A stretch of DNA of 64,000 bases from Schizochytrium sp. TIO01 (Eukaryota; Protista; Bigyra: Labyrinthulomycetes): assembly GCA_004764695.1 (NCBI GenBank), contig SMSO01000031.1, positions 4,626,436 through 4,690,435 of the forward strand, given 5' to 3'. The notes under the pieces are model-generated. The model did no database searches. It was given only the letters and a program-made list of their open reading frames with translations, and was not told the DNA's origin. Positions within the stretch are counted from its first letter, which is position 1; each line of letters opens with the position of its first letter. Made by a program: the position numbers and the translations under genes. Positions 35,710 to 45,776 of this stretch are shown here, in pieces.

Positions 35710-37026
35710 ATGGCCTCCGCTAGCCCACCTGTGGCGCCCATGGTGGCAGCAGCAACTGGCGCCGGAGTTTCTACTAAAAACAATGGCAGGTACGGGGGCG
35801 TGGTGGTTCGCGTGAAGAGGAAGCGGGACCATTTAGAGGCTGCTCCTGCGAGGATCCTGCTTCCGCAGAAACGCGTGCGTGCTGAGGAGGGTTTATCCAG
35901 CGCTCTTGAGGGCCTCAAAGTTGGCCAATCCAAAGATGCACAAGAATTGCCCAAATCTGTTGAGGTAAGCTCTCAGATTTCTGCTCATGCGGCAGGCGCT
36001 ACAGGCGTTGTTCAAATTGCTGAAAACCAACCAGGTCCTACGAGCACTGGCACTCCTGGCGCTGCTGTAAATGTGGTAAGAAATAATGCTACGCATGGCA
36101 GTGTTTTAGATAGTGCGAATGTCTTGGAAAACCAAAGCCAGAAGTCATTAGATGAGCTGTCTACAACAGGTGTGGGACCGCCGAGTAGAGGCACGAAGAG
36201 AGCCTTCGTGTGTGAGCTTGTGTCGGATGGCACAACGACATCAAATCGTGCGGACCATAAACGTTTCAAATATGTGGACTTAGAGCTGAATGAAAAGGGC
36301 TTGCGACCTCGCGAAGTGCGCCAGCGTAAAAATGATGATGAGCTCGATTTCTACCTTTGGCACGCCATGAGCTGTGGTGACTTAGGGCTAGTAAATAGTG
36401 TGATTGATGATGCTTCAAGAGATATTAATTTTCAAAGAGCTGCAGATGGCATCAATGCTCTGATGGTCGCCTGTCTGTATGCTGACGCAGAAAATGTGGC
36501 AAGGTATCTTGCTTTGGGTGCAGACCCGACGCTCCTAGACAATAACGGTCACGATGCTGCATTTTTTTTGAACGAGAGCGCAGAAGCCAACCGCCAACCT
36601 GCTCTTAAAGAAGAACTCTTTCGTATGCTCGGTGAAACTGAATATGTTTATGACACCTACGTGGTGCGCGAGGAAGTCGAGTTTGATGGTGCATCCACAT
36701 CCGAGTCTACTCAAAGCACCGAGGTATGGCGTGATAGTGGAATTTTCAATAGCTGGGGGGATTCGTTCACTATTGCTGATCAAGGCGTTGACATGATTGG
36801 AATTCTCGATTCTAGTCAAGCACTTCTTAACAAGATCCAAGACAATGACAGCGTTGGTGCCGAACTTACATTCTCTCCTGAAGGGTCAGAAGTTAATGAA
36901 TCGGATCTTGATGACTCCGATAACGAAAACTACCGCTTCAATGACTATCCTGAGGATGAGGACGAAATGCAGAATTTTGCCTCTGACGATGATGAATATG
37001 GAGATTATTATGATGATAACGCATAG
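35710..37026 (+). CDS. IWR1/SLC7A6OS/RDM4-like RNA polymerase II nuclear import factor with inserted ankyrin repeats
   Basis: N-terminal VVVRVKRKR, then EYVYDTY and C-terminal DDSDNENYRFNDYPEDE (Iwr1 signature). A central ankyrin unit reads DINFQRAADGINALMVAC...YLALGADPTLLDNNGHDA. Confidence 0.75.
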   Translation: MASASPPVAPMVAAATGAGVSTKNNGRYGGVVVRVKRKRDHLEAAPARILLPQKRVRAEEGLSSALEGLKVGQSKDAQELPKSVEVSSQISAHAAGATGVVQIAENQPGPTSTGTPGAAVNVVRNNATHGSVLDSANVLENQSQKSLDELSTTGVGPPSRGTKRAFVCELVSDGTTTSNRADHKRFKYVDLELNEKGLRPREVRQRKNDDELDFYLWHAMSCGDLGLVNSVIDDASRDINFQRAADGINALMVACLYADAENVARYLALGADPTLLDNNGHDAAFFLNESAEANRQPALKEELFRMLGETEYVYDTYVVREEVEFDGASTSESTQSTEVWRDSGIFNSWGDSFTIADQGVDMIGILDSSQALLNKIQDNDSVGAELTFSPEGSEVNESDLDDSDNENYRFNDYPEDEDEMQNFASDDDEYGDYYDDNA

Positions 37027-37498
37027 TATTTTGTCTTTCGCTTTCTGACAAAGATTCAGAAATTACCTCTATATATACATTTGCTCATACAATTTTCCTT
37101 TCTATTCTGCTACATTCATCCTTTCTTTTACCTCGTTCTATCCTGACAGCACCTCCCAGGGGTTCTGCATTTGCTTCGTCCTCCGATGTTCGTCTCTTTA
37201 CTAAAATATAATAGGTATTACCCACAAGTTTTTCGTTTTCCCCAAAAGTTAGTAGCATATAGTCGGATTAGATAATTGTTCTGTAGAGGTGTTTGTCCCT
37301 CAAAGACCAGCAGTGAAGCGCTAAGTATGCGCACTTCAGATAACTTGAACTTGAAGTTCAACCAATTACTATTATTCTCTATTTTGAAAAAAGGCTTACT
37401 TGTAGTACTAGGCCTAGATAGTAACTACTGCAGTCATGAGGACGCTAGGTAAGAAAATGGCATGGCCAAGGAACCACCAAGCTCCAAACACTACAAGT

Positions 37499-38079
37499 GA
37501 AGCAGACCTTCAATACAGGCCAGCAAAGAACCTTAAACAGAAGTTCAGCGTCTCAGCAAGTGCCCTTGGGCGCCCCGCGGAGGGAATCTCAAATACGCAA
37601 GTGACAATGTTAAGCGCACCTATGACTGGCCCCGAGCAACGCAGCACTGATCGTAATATGCTAGAGTGCCCTCTGCCAAGCAAAAAGAGGATCTCGAACG
37701 CCAGGTAGGTGATCTCCAGCGTTTCAATCTAGACGCCTCCGCTGTCTACAAAGGCATCGGTAGCGAGGTCGATTTCAAAAGGCTGGGTTTACACGCCCTA
37801 CTGGCAGCCTATGACAGCGGCGGAGTCGGCCAGGTTGTGGTCATGCGCCGCGACCGACTTGCACGAATCGACGTCAACCCCCTTGAGCACCTTCTCGAAA
37901 TAGAGAAATGTCAAACTCATGGTAAACGTCTAAGATGCATACGCCGGGGATTCCGGCACCCTCACCAAACCTCCTTGGCATCATCGCCGTCTTTGCGGCG
38001 TCGCATCAAGGAAAACGAGCAGCGCAAAATAGATGGCGACGACGCAAGGAGAAAGAAGAGAGCGCATGCGAAGGCATGA
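37499..38079 (+). pseudogene. tnpA: IS607 TnpA serine recombinase pseudogene
   Basis: Across frameshifts: HTH-like YRPAKNLKQKFSVSASAL../GNLKYASDNVKRTYD; catalytic region YARVPSAKQKEDLERQ at 37657 (consensus YARVSS); KGIGSEVDFKRLGL; VVVMRRDRLARI; C-terminal LLGIIAVFAASHQGKRAAQNR. Confidence 0.88.
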
Positions 38080-38099
38080 AAAGCGACCAAGAAAGAGTA

Positions 38100-39355
38100 T
38101 AATCAACTTCGTGCTAGAAATGTGGAGTCTATTTAACGAAAGACCAGCGCACTCAGCTCAAGAGGTAGTTTGGCATTACCAGATGAACTTACATACTGGG
38201 TTTGCCTCTCACTAGGACTTATCCAATGGTAAAGACGAAACCGTGGCCCTACATCAAGATGCACATGCTAGGAAGGATCCTAAACAAAGAAAGTCCAAAG
38301 AGATAAGAATAATAATTCTAAAATATCCCGCGATAGTTATGGAGAAAAGTAAGCAGTGCTCTCTAATGAAAGCACGGACGCACCTGATTGGACCTTCAAA
38401 GCACCACAAGCTGTGCGCGCTTCCGTCATCGTTGGGTTTTTCAAAACTCCCAATGCTGGTGTAACCAAAATAGAGGAATTAGCCACCCCCCCAAAAAAAC
38501 CTAGCGTTAGCTCTTCTTACAAGTTTCGTAAAACCGTGATAAAACCCAGGTTTCCGAGGTCGGGCCACGCAGCTGGAGCAGACAGAAGGAAAGGCCAAGT
38601 CATTCTCCCTTTCCTCAAAATCTTCCTTACCTACACCAGGGAGTTCTCCGATCAAGTAACAATGCCGTATGCAAATTAATCGCCCGGGTCATGCTAACTT
38701 CTGCTTTTCGTGCATGAAGGAAAGGTCTGGTCAGAAGATAAGACACTTAATGCATACCACAGTATCATTGCCTTAGGCTCAGGAGGTCGCTCATTTCAGA
38801 ACATATACGACGCTGATGGTTAAGACATTGAGTGTGGCACAAGGGTAGACAATACCAACAACAACAAAACCAAAATTTCTCTGTCGCCGTGCCGACAAAA
38901 TCCAAGGGAAATTGGCTCAAAAGAAAAAAGGTAAAACTGCCTTGAGATGTGCATACCCGCGTACACTCCTCTCCAAATCAAAAACAAGACTACCGAAATT
39001 AACTGCTAGCTTGCACTTTAGCTCTATGAAAACTATCGTGTTATTCTTCTACCTAAATTCGAAACCTCCCAGACGGGCAACAAGTTAACAAGACAGATCA
39101 AAAGCAGGACAGTCAGAACGATGTGTCGTTGGGGCCACCATAGCATCCGCCAAGCCCTCATTCACACGGCCTGCTTTTCCTCTGACGTAGACTTGTCATT
39201 CGCCGAGAGGTTTTCACTTGTAAAACATGCAACGAATAGGGTACTTACTCTTCACGACAAGCTCAGAACATGCTAGTTTTTCAAATACCCTAAATGTAGC
39301 CAATGGTGATATCTACGCCGTCCGTCAGAGGCATCCTTTTGCACTACCTATTTAA
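38100..39355 (+). pseudogene. Fanzor2/TnpB-family RNA-guided endonuclease pseudogene
   Basis: Manual translation across stops and frameshifts gives YLTKDQRTQLKR*FGITR*TY (38130), PDWTFKAPQAVRAS, RuvC-I IIALGSGGRSFQNIYDADG (38764) and QIKNK...ENYRVILLPKFETS (39028). These are followed by IKSRTVRTMCRWGHHSIRQAL, EVFTCKTC (39207), LHDKL...FKYPKC and DIYA...ILLHYL. Confidence 0.85.
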
Positions 39356-39826
39356 GGATATGGTTGAAGAATTCCCTTTGAGTCACATGTTGTTGGTTTT
39401 TAAACTCGCAATTGGGTTTTAGCCCCAACGTCGCTATAGGAAATGCAAGGTTTGCAAATTTTATAGGTTAATTACTAAGTGAGTGAAGAGATAGTTCAAA
39501 ATGATCTCATGGAAAACTCTAGTAGAAGGAATATCGAGGAGTGTCTTGCACTCGTGCAGAAGACGCAAAACAAGCTCGACAGTAGCAGTTTATTCATGCG
39601 AGAGGCTTCTGATTGTGCAAAGCCTAACAATATCGGCGCACACACACGAAGATTCCAATTTTGACCGAAAGAGTAAAAAGTTTGCTAGCATTAGCAAAGA
39701 TTGCTTTTGTGAGCAGTTCGGAAATACGGACAGTTTGACCAAGTCCGATCAGACAGTGGCGGTGGTTCATTCAAGGCTCCGTACAGAGAGGCATTGTAGA
39801 GGATCTGGGAACACACTCCGTGAAAG

Positions 39827-40489
39827 ATGGCTCTTGCAAGAGTTCTTAACGATGATGTGGTAAAGCAGCTTGATGGCGCGTATTTTGGCGTTGATTGGCA
39901 CTACGTGTCGATTGAAGACTTGGAAGAGCGCTTTCAAACTGACGTGCAGCGTGGCATGGACATGACAGTTGCTAGCGAGAAGTTTGACAGCATTGGACCT
40001 AATTTGGTACCTTCACCTCAACCTTGCCCTTCATGGCTTTGTTGTCTCTTGCCCTGGCTGCGCAACACACCGACCATGCAAACGTACCGTCGTTGTATTC
40101 CAGAGAGTGCACAGGTCATACGGAGTGGTCGGTGTATATGTACTGATCCAACCTCCCTTGTTATAGGAGATATTGTCTACATTGAAGAGAAAGAAATTGT
40201 ACCAGCAGACTGCCGCATTCTGAGTTGCAGTGATGATCTCAGCATTCAAGCATTTGATATTCCTGAAATAACCTTGCCTGCTTCGGCATCCCTTGGTAAC
40301 CCACGCGATTCTTTCTTGGAGTCTCGCAATATCCTTTACACTGGAAGCCAAATTATTTCTGGTCATGCGCGTGCAATTGTAGTCAGCACTGGGCGCCAGA
40401 CTGTCATGGGTTCTCTTATTAGAATGGGATTGTGGCCTCTAAGTGACCACGCAAGGTCTGGAGATACGCTTCCACTTTTGCCGATGTGA
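39827..40489 (+). CDS. Stand-alone P-type ATPase N-terminal + actuator-domain protein
   Basis: Cation-ATPase N-terminal motif DWHYVSIEDLEERFQTD..GM...IGPN, then A-domain AQVIRSG...LVIGDIVYIEEKEIVPADCRIL...NILYTGSQIISGHARAIVVSTGRQTVMG. No TM, P or N domains. Confidence 0.75.
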   Translation: MALARVLNDDVVKQLDGAYFGVDWHYVSIEDLEERFQTDVQRGMDMTVASEKFDSIGPNLVPSPQPCPSWLCCLLPWLRNTPTMQTYRRCIPESAQVIRSGRCICTDPTSLVIGDIVYIEEKEIVPADCRILSCSDDLSIQAFDIPEITLPASASLGNPRDSFLESRNILYTGSQIISGHARAIVVSTGRQTVMGSLIRMGLWPLSDHARSGDTLPLLPM

Positions 40490-41436
40490 ACACTTCATAC
40501 CAAGTTGATGGATGCCGCCTTCCAGATTGCAGAGATTTTTTTTTTCGTAGAGAAGAGGTGTATAATTCTTTAAAGAAACAGAAATAGAAATAGAAGAAAA
40601 CGTTAGAGCTGTGAGCATGCAGCAGCTTAAGCAAAATTCGCTCCAACAACTGAGTGAAAGCAATTGGTAATGAACAATAGATAGATAATACATAAACTTG
40701 ATGCAAAATTATTTTCTACGGTGCTGTTGCACGATCGCTTTAAGATTAGGGCTAAAAAAACAAAAATTGAGTATTATGCATCAAGAATAGAGGACGTTTT
40801 GTCAACAGAAATTCGGACTTTACTAACACAAGAACTCGGGATCTTCGTCAAAGAGTGAAAAGAAATGTCTCCGACATCTCTTCTTGACATCGCTTCCAAA
40901 TCCAAGTAATCCAAGTTCAATTAGGCTTGGCCTCAAGCAAGGACAGCATTGCGTTCTCTACTAATATAGTACAGATTTTCAGTTATATTATAGCCACATA
41001 GAGATAGACTGTCTGTCTGTTGCTATAGAAGTTTTGGCAATAATTCTGTTTGATTCAACGAAGTCGACATTTCGATCGTGTCACCGACATCGATTGCATA
41101 AACGCGGGCCCGGTCGTGCATGATCTTATCTGATCTTCCGTAATAAATTCGCAGACATTTTGGCTGATCCAACGAACTGACTTGTCTTATCAAGCCAACG
41201 AAAGACAAGAGTATGTAATCAAGATCATGACAAAATTGTTCATCTTGCAAACACCACATTAAGCTCCTATCTCAGGGTTACATGAGGAAAAAAACTTTAC
41301 ACAAAAAGAGCAACGAAAATACAAGAGAGTAATAGAGTAATGTAAAGATAGATAGATACAGGCGTACGATCATTCCATGAATCCTCGCAAACTACCCTGG
41401 GACACAGTGAACGAGGGGAAATTGAGATAAATGATC

Positions 41437-43685
41437 TTAGATCATGTTGGAAGGTATGCAACTCGGGCATGTGAACGACTCCACAGTCTGTCCATAGCGC
41501 TGTGGAAGGCGGAGACATTTTAAATGGTACCATCGGCCACAACGATCACAGCAAATTTCGCCACCGCGAAATCTATCTTCAACCATCGTCATGCACTTAG
41601 GACAGAGTGCCGACATTGTTCGTCGAAGTAGTACAGGAAATCGAAACTCGCCACCATCTACGTGTCCAGGCTCAATAACCATGCGACATCTTCTAGGCCG
41701 GCTCCGCATGGAACGCGGGTTCAAGGCGGCATGATGATCATCAAGCCAAGTTTGTAATGAAGATGCTAGCTCCTTCTGCCTATTGAGATCTTCAACCATC
41801 TGTTCAGGTTTCGTAATAGGTAGGTAAGCAAGCTCCTCATCCAGGCCAATTTCTCGAGCGACCTCTCCACACTCCTCCATCTGTTCAAGCAGGGCAGTTT
41901 CTTGTTTGAGTGCCTCGATCATGGCAGCATCTTGCACAAAGGTGCGATCCAAGAATGCGTGGGCGCGTGGATATAGTTTCAGTCTATCAAGATCAAGGTC
42001 AGGAGCTTCTTCAGGAGAAGGTTCCTTCGCCGCATACCATGTTTTCCATGCCTCAGCTTCTGACCGGCAGTGGTACCAAACTTCAAGTGCATCGCGTAAA
42101 ACCGCAGCAGCGTCCTCGCTATTAAATTGGTAGGATCCACAGTCGCCTCCGAAAACGAGTTGCGTAGGGCGAGGTCTCGGTAAAAGGTTTTCAGCACCAG
42201 CAATGGCCTCCAGTTCATTCTCATCTGCCTCAACAGCCTCCATTTTGGTCTCTGTTGCTTCCTCCAGCATTTCATCGTCCCCGTCGCTGTCCACGCGAAC
42301 TTTGCCCTCGGTATGCTGGGGAGGAGTAGACTGGAGTGTAGGAGCAGCCTCGGCTGATTCTTGACGAGAAGCAGAAAAGGCAGCCTTGGCTTGAGTGGAA
42401 ACGCTTGTGGTATCGCTCGTCGAATCGTCCTCTTTTACCTTAATAATCTCTGTACCCATGCCCATTGAAACCTCGCCAGGTTCATCATTTTCGTCATCAA
42501 CCATTTCACAAGTGACAGGGACATTGAAAATTTTGCGCAAGATATATCGGTTCGCAGATTCCACAAGCTCTCGCAAGGGTGCTTCAATTGCTTCACAAGG
42601 AACATCGGTGCAGATTTCTGTGAAAACATTACGCACCACGTCTCCTGGGAGCGTACCGTAAGTCGACGCTTGTCCTTCGATGGAATCCAAAAGCGTTATT
42701 TTAATAAGTTCTTTGGCAGTCTCTGATTGTTTGAGATGGCTTCGAAGATCATTAGCGGCTCTGTGCGCCTCATGAAGGTTTTGGAGTGTCTTAAACCATG
42801 CCTCTTCTGATCCCTGAATACCAATGTTAGGTGTAGTCAGCGGTAATAAGTAGTGGTAGCGAAATTGACACGTCGTGGGCGTTCTTCGTCATGCTCTACC
42901 TCTGCAAGAGGCTCGTTTCGCAACTCTTCCTGGCAGCTACGGTCTGCTGCGCCAAGGGTGGCGCAAAGTTTTTGTACGTACTGCAAGAGGTCCTTATCCT
43001 CACGTAAGCTTGGGGTGGATTCTGCAAATGACTGCACCTTGATCAGAGCTTCTTCTAGCGATGTGCATGCGCTGAGATCAATCGAAGGAGTGCGATCGAT
43101 CACAGGGTTCTGGTTTGGTATTATGGAAACCTCTTTGGATTCTTCAGGTTGAAAATTAGAGTCCTTCCCTGAGGCCTCCGAGACGTTCTTCTTCACATCT
43201 GTTTTCTGATCGCCTCCCAAAATGGGTTCTGTTGCTTCTTTTTTCATCTTCGAGGTATTTTCTGTGGCTGAAGATTTTTCGGCATCCATCGTTTCCATTT
43301 CCTGGCCTTGGCAAGGCACCTCTGTGCTCTTCTGCGCCTCAAGGTCGCTGTCCTCCGCGGTGCGAGCTCTCTTTCTCGGTGCCTTATCCTCCTCATCCTC
43401 CTCACCCTTGAGAACTTCGCTTGAGGCTTGGGTTTTTACGTTATCTCTGGATGAAACATCCATATTCCCTGAAGATTCTTCTTCATTGGCTTTCATAGAG
43501 TCCTTCCCTGAGCCCTTTTGAGTTTCCACAGATGCTCTCTCAACTTCGGCTGGCTCCGGCCCATGTTTGTTATCATCATACTCACTTGTACTGGGCAACT
43601 CGCAAGTCACGCGCACAGGCGTAGCACATGATACTGAGTCTGAAGCTGTCGTTGAAGGCTGCGTCGCCTCCCCGCTGCACGGCAT
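41437..43685 (-). CDS. PHD-finger protein, two exons (intron 42814-42899)
   Basis: A GAG|GTAGAG donor at 42899, CTAAC branch site and TTCAG|GGA acceptor at 42814 join the 302-aa and 417-aa track ORFs in phase 0. The C-terminus is CPKC...CCDRCGRWYHLKC...FTCPSC. First ATG at 43685. Confidence 0.8.
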
Positions 43686-44753
43686 CGCAAACAGCGAGCC
43701 CGTGCCAGTCTTGAAATTCAACTCTGGTTTCGATTTCGTGTTCACGCAATTGCTAATCTTATACTACTTACCTAGTAGTAGCCTTGCTAGAGAATTAGGT
43801 ATATATCTACAGTAGCAGGCACTTTCCTAACAGCGTGTAGGCCCTATTTATTGATTACTTTTAGTTTAGTGCACCTTCGTATTCTTTTGTTTCTCCGTGA
43901 CGTGATGCCAGCACTGCGAAACCGGGCTCAAAGCTGACTGCAAAAAACTCGTGAGAGGAACATGACAAGTAACGTATATAATTATCGCCAAGGGGGTGAG
44001 TTGAAGGCGATATGTACGAGAGAAGATGGGAATACTATACCTTTTCACTGATACACAGCTTGGCCATTTTTTCCTGCCTTTACTTGCTGTAGTAGTAACA
44101 GATAGAACTCATGTGTAGGAACACTGGTGCATGCTGTTTGTCCAACACAACGAATGGTACGAACCTCATGTATCATGTGTTTTCTTTGAGAAGATGGTGA
44201 AGCTCCTGCACAAGCTCTATTTGTATGCGCAATTGCCTTCAGGAACCCGTTGCGTTTGCTTCTGAGAAGAATTGTTGACAGGGGCTTATATTGAATTTCG
44301 TGTTTAATAGGGTTTAACACACTGGCCTGTTTAGTACTTTGTAGATATGAAACCCTTATCCTCATTCGTAATCATAGGTCGCACAAAAGCAATTTGTATG
44401 GGTCGCCCGATCTCCAGCATCTTAGAAATGTCTGCCCATGAGCTTTGTGAGCTACCTGCCATACGCCAAATTTTAGATGACAGCATCAAAATGACACTTC
44501 CCATCAGCATTATTTTATCATATTGTGCCCATCCAAAGGGTTCGCATAAAACACAAAAAGCACACTTGGTAGACCAAGAAGATAGTTTTCTATGTTCAAA
44601 CAGTCTCATCCGTCTTCACCACAACCGTTGTCGGCAACGCAGGGTGACGCACATTTTACAGATAATCTCCACCTATGCACAGGAAAACTCTGTGTATTAT
44701 TACACTTTGTTTGAGAGGTATGATGAAAGAGTGACGGCAAAAAAGAAACTAGG

Positions 44754-45531
44754 ATGGGCGGAGACGAGCAGAAGAAGCGCGCGCGCGAGGCGGAGGACCC
44801 AAGCCGTGAGCCCAAACGCCGTGCGGAGAATGGAAATGATGATATCGAAGAGGCCAAAGAGCGGGTAGCCCTCAAACCCGCTGCTGATGCGGAAGAGCGA
44901 CCCGGTTTTGAAAAATGGCGTCGCACAGGGAATTCTGGGCGCAACGGTGAAGGCGGTAAGGGCAGCGCGCTTGATGCGACCGTGGAGACTACCGAAGCAC
45001 CTGTTGCGACGCCCAAAGAGTCCTTTGGGAGTGGGCTTGCAGCTACTTCCAACCGTGTCGAGGAGGCTGGAGCTGCACAGGAGCCCCGAAAACCAGAAAG
45101 ATTCAAAGGATTCGTTTAAAGTTAGTCCAAGTTTATCGAATTCTGGTGCTGTAGCAGACGAAGCCTCAGCAATTTTTGGTGACGAGGGTGAAGAAGAGGA
45201 GGAACTCACGGTCTTCGTGGACTTCAAACTGCTGCAGAATAAGTGTAGCTCTTTATCTGGGCTTCCAGAGATCCGGGTGCAACGGGGTTACAGACACGAT
45301 ACCCTCCGCGTCAGTGTGGGCGAGTTCGATCTGGAAGGAGAAGTGGAACCGTCCTTAGGGTCTATTGCTATCTTTGAAAAGGATACAGACGCGAGAGCCT
45401 GCAGATTTGTTGCTGCCACTGACGCCTCTGCCGTGCTCTCCACGCTTTCTAACCAGGCTCCCGCTTTCCCTACGCTCAGAGTACCCCTTAAAAGCGAGGG
45501 GGTCCCCGTAGAGTCCACGCATAGCATATAG
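44754..45531 (+). CDS. TFIIIC subunit 6 (GTF3C6)-like protein split across two reading frames
   Basis: ORF 44754-45119 is a natural-looking charged N-terminus. The 3' half of ORF 44887-45531 has EEEEELTVFVDF...LRVSVGEFDLEGEVEPSLGSIAIFE, resembling the TFIIIC triple-barrel domain. The junction is unresolved. Confidence 0.45.
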
Positions 45532-45776
45532 ATGGTAGGTGTGTACTCGCTAGGAGGCTCGCTGGTGTCCCCGGGGACCGTCGCGCTGGGGCATGGCGCG
45601 GATTATTTCTCTAGCTAGCTCTCTGCCTTAAGCGATGGCGAACATAGGTGCTTGGGGCTGAATGACGTAGGGCGCGAGGGCTCGGTTTCTCCAAAGGTGG
45701 ATGGTGCCAGGTGAGGTGTGGTATTGAATAGTCAATACGAAGGTTGCTCTTGTTGTCGGCAAGGTTGTCTGGGAAG

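Larger units (their letters stand above)
37436..39470 (+). mobile_element. Degenerate IS607-family transposon (TnpA serine recombinase + Fanzor2/TnpB); ends approximate
   Basis: Adjacent, co-oriented tnpA and tnpB/Fanzor relics in canonical IS607 order, lying between two host genes. I saw no terminal inverted repeats, as expected for IS607. Confidence 0.85.

Noticed and set aside
39479-39863. Short ORFs between the IS607 end and the P-ATPase-fragment gene
   Set aside because: No motifs, and no convincing splice path to the downstream ORF.
44470-44515. Minus-strand NADGKCHFDAV resembling an OTU protease catalytic motif
   Set aside because: Immediately followed by a stop, with no other OTU motifs; may be chance.
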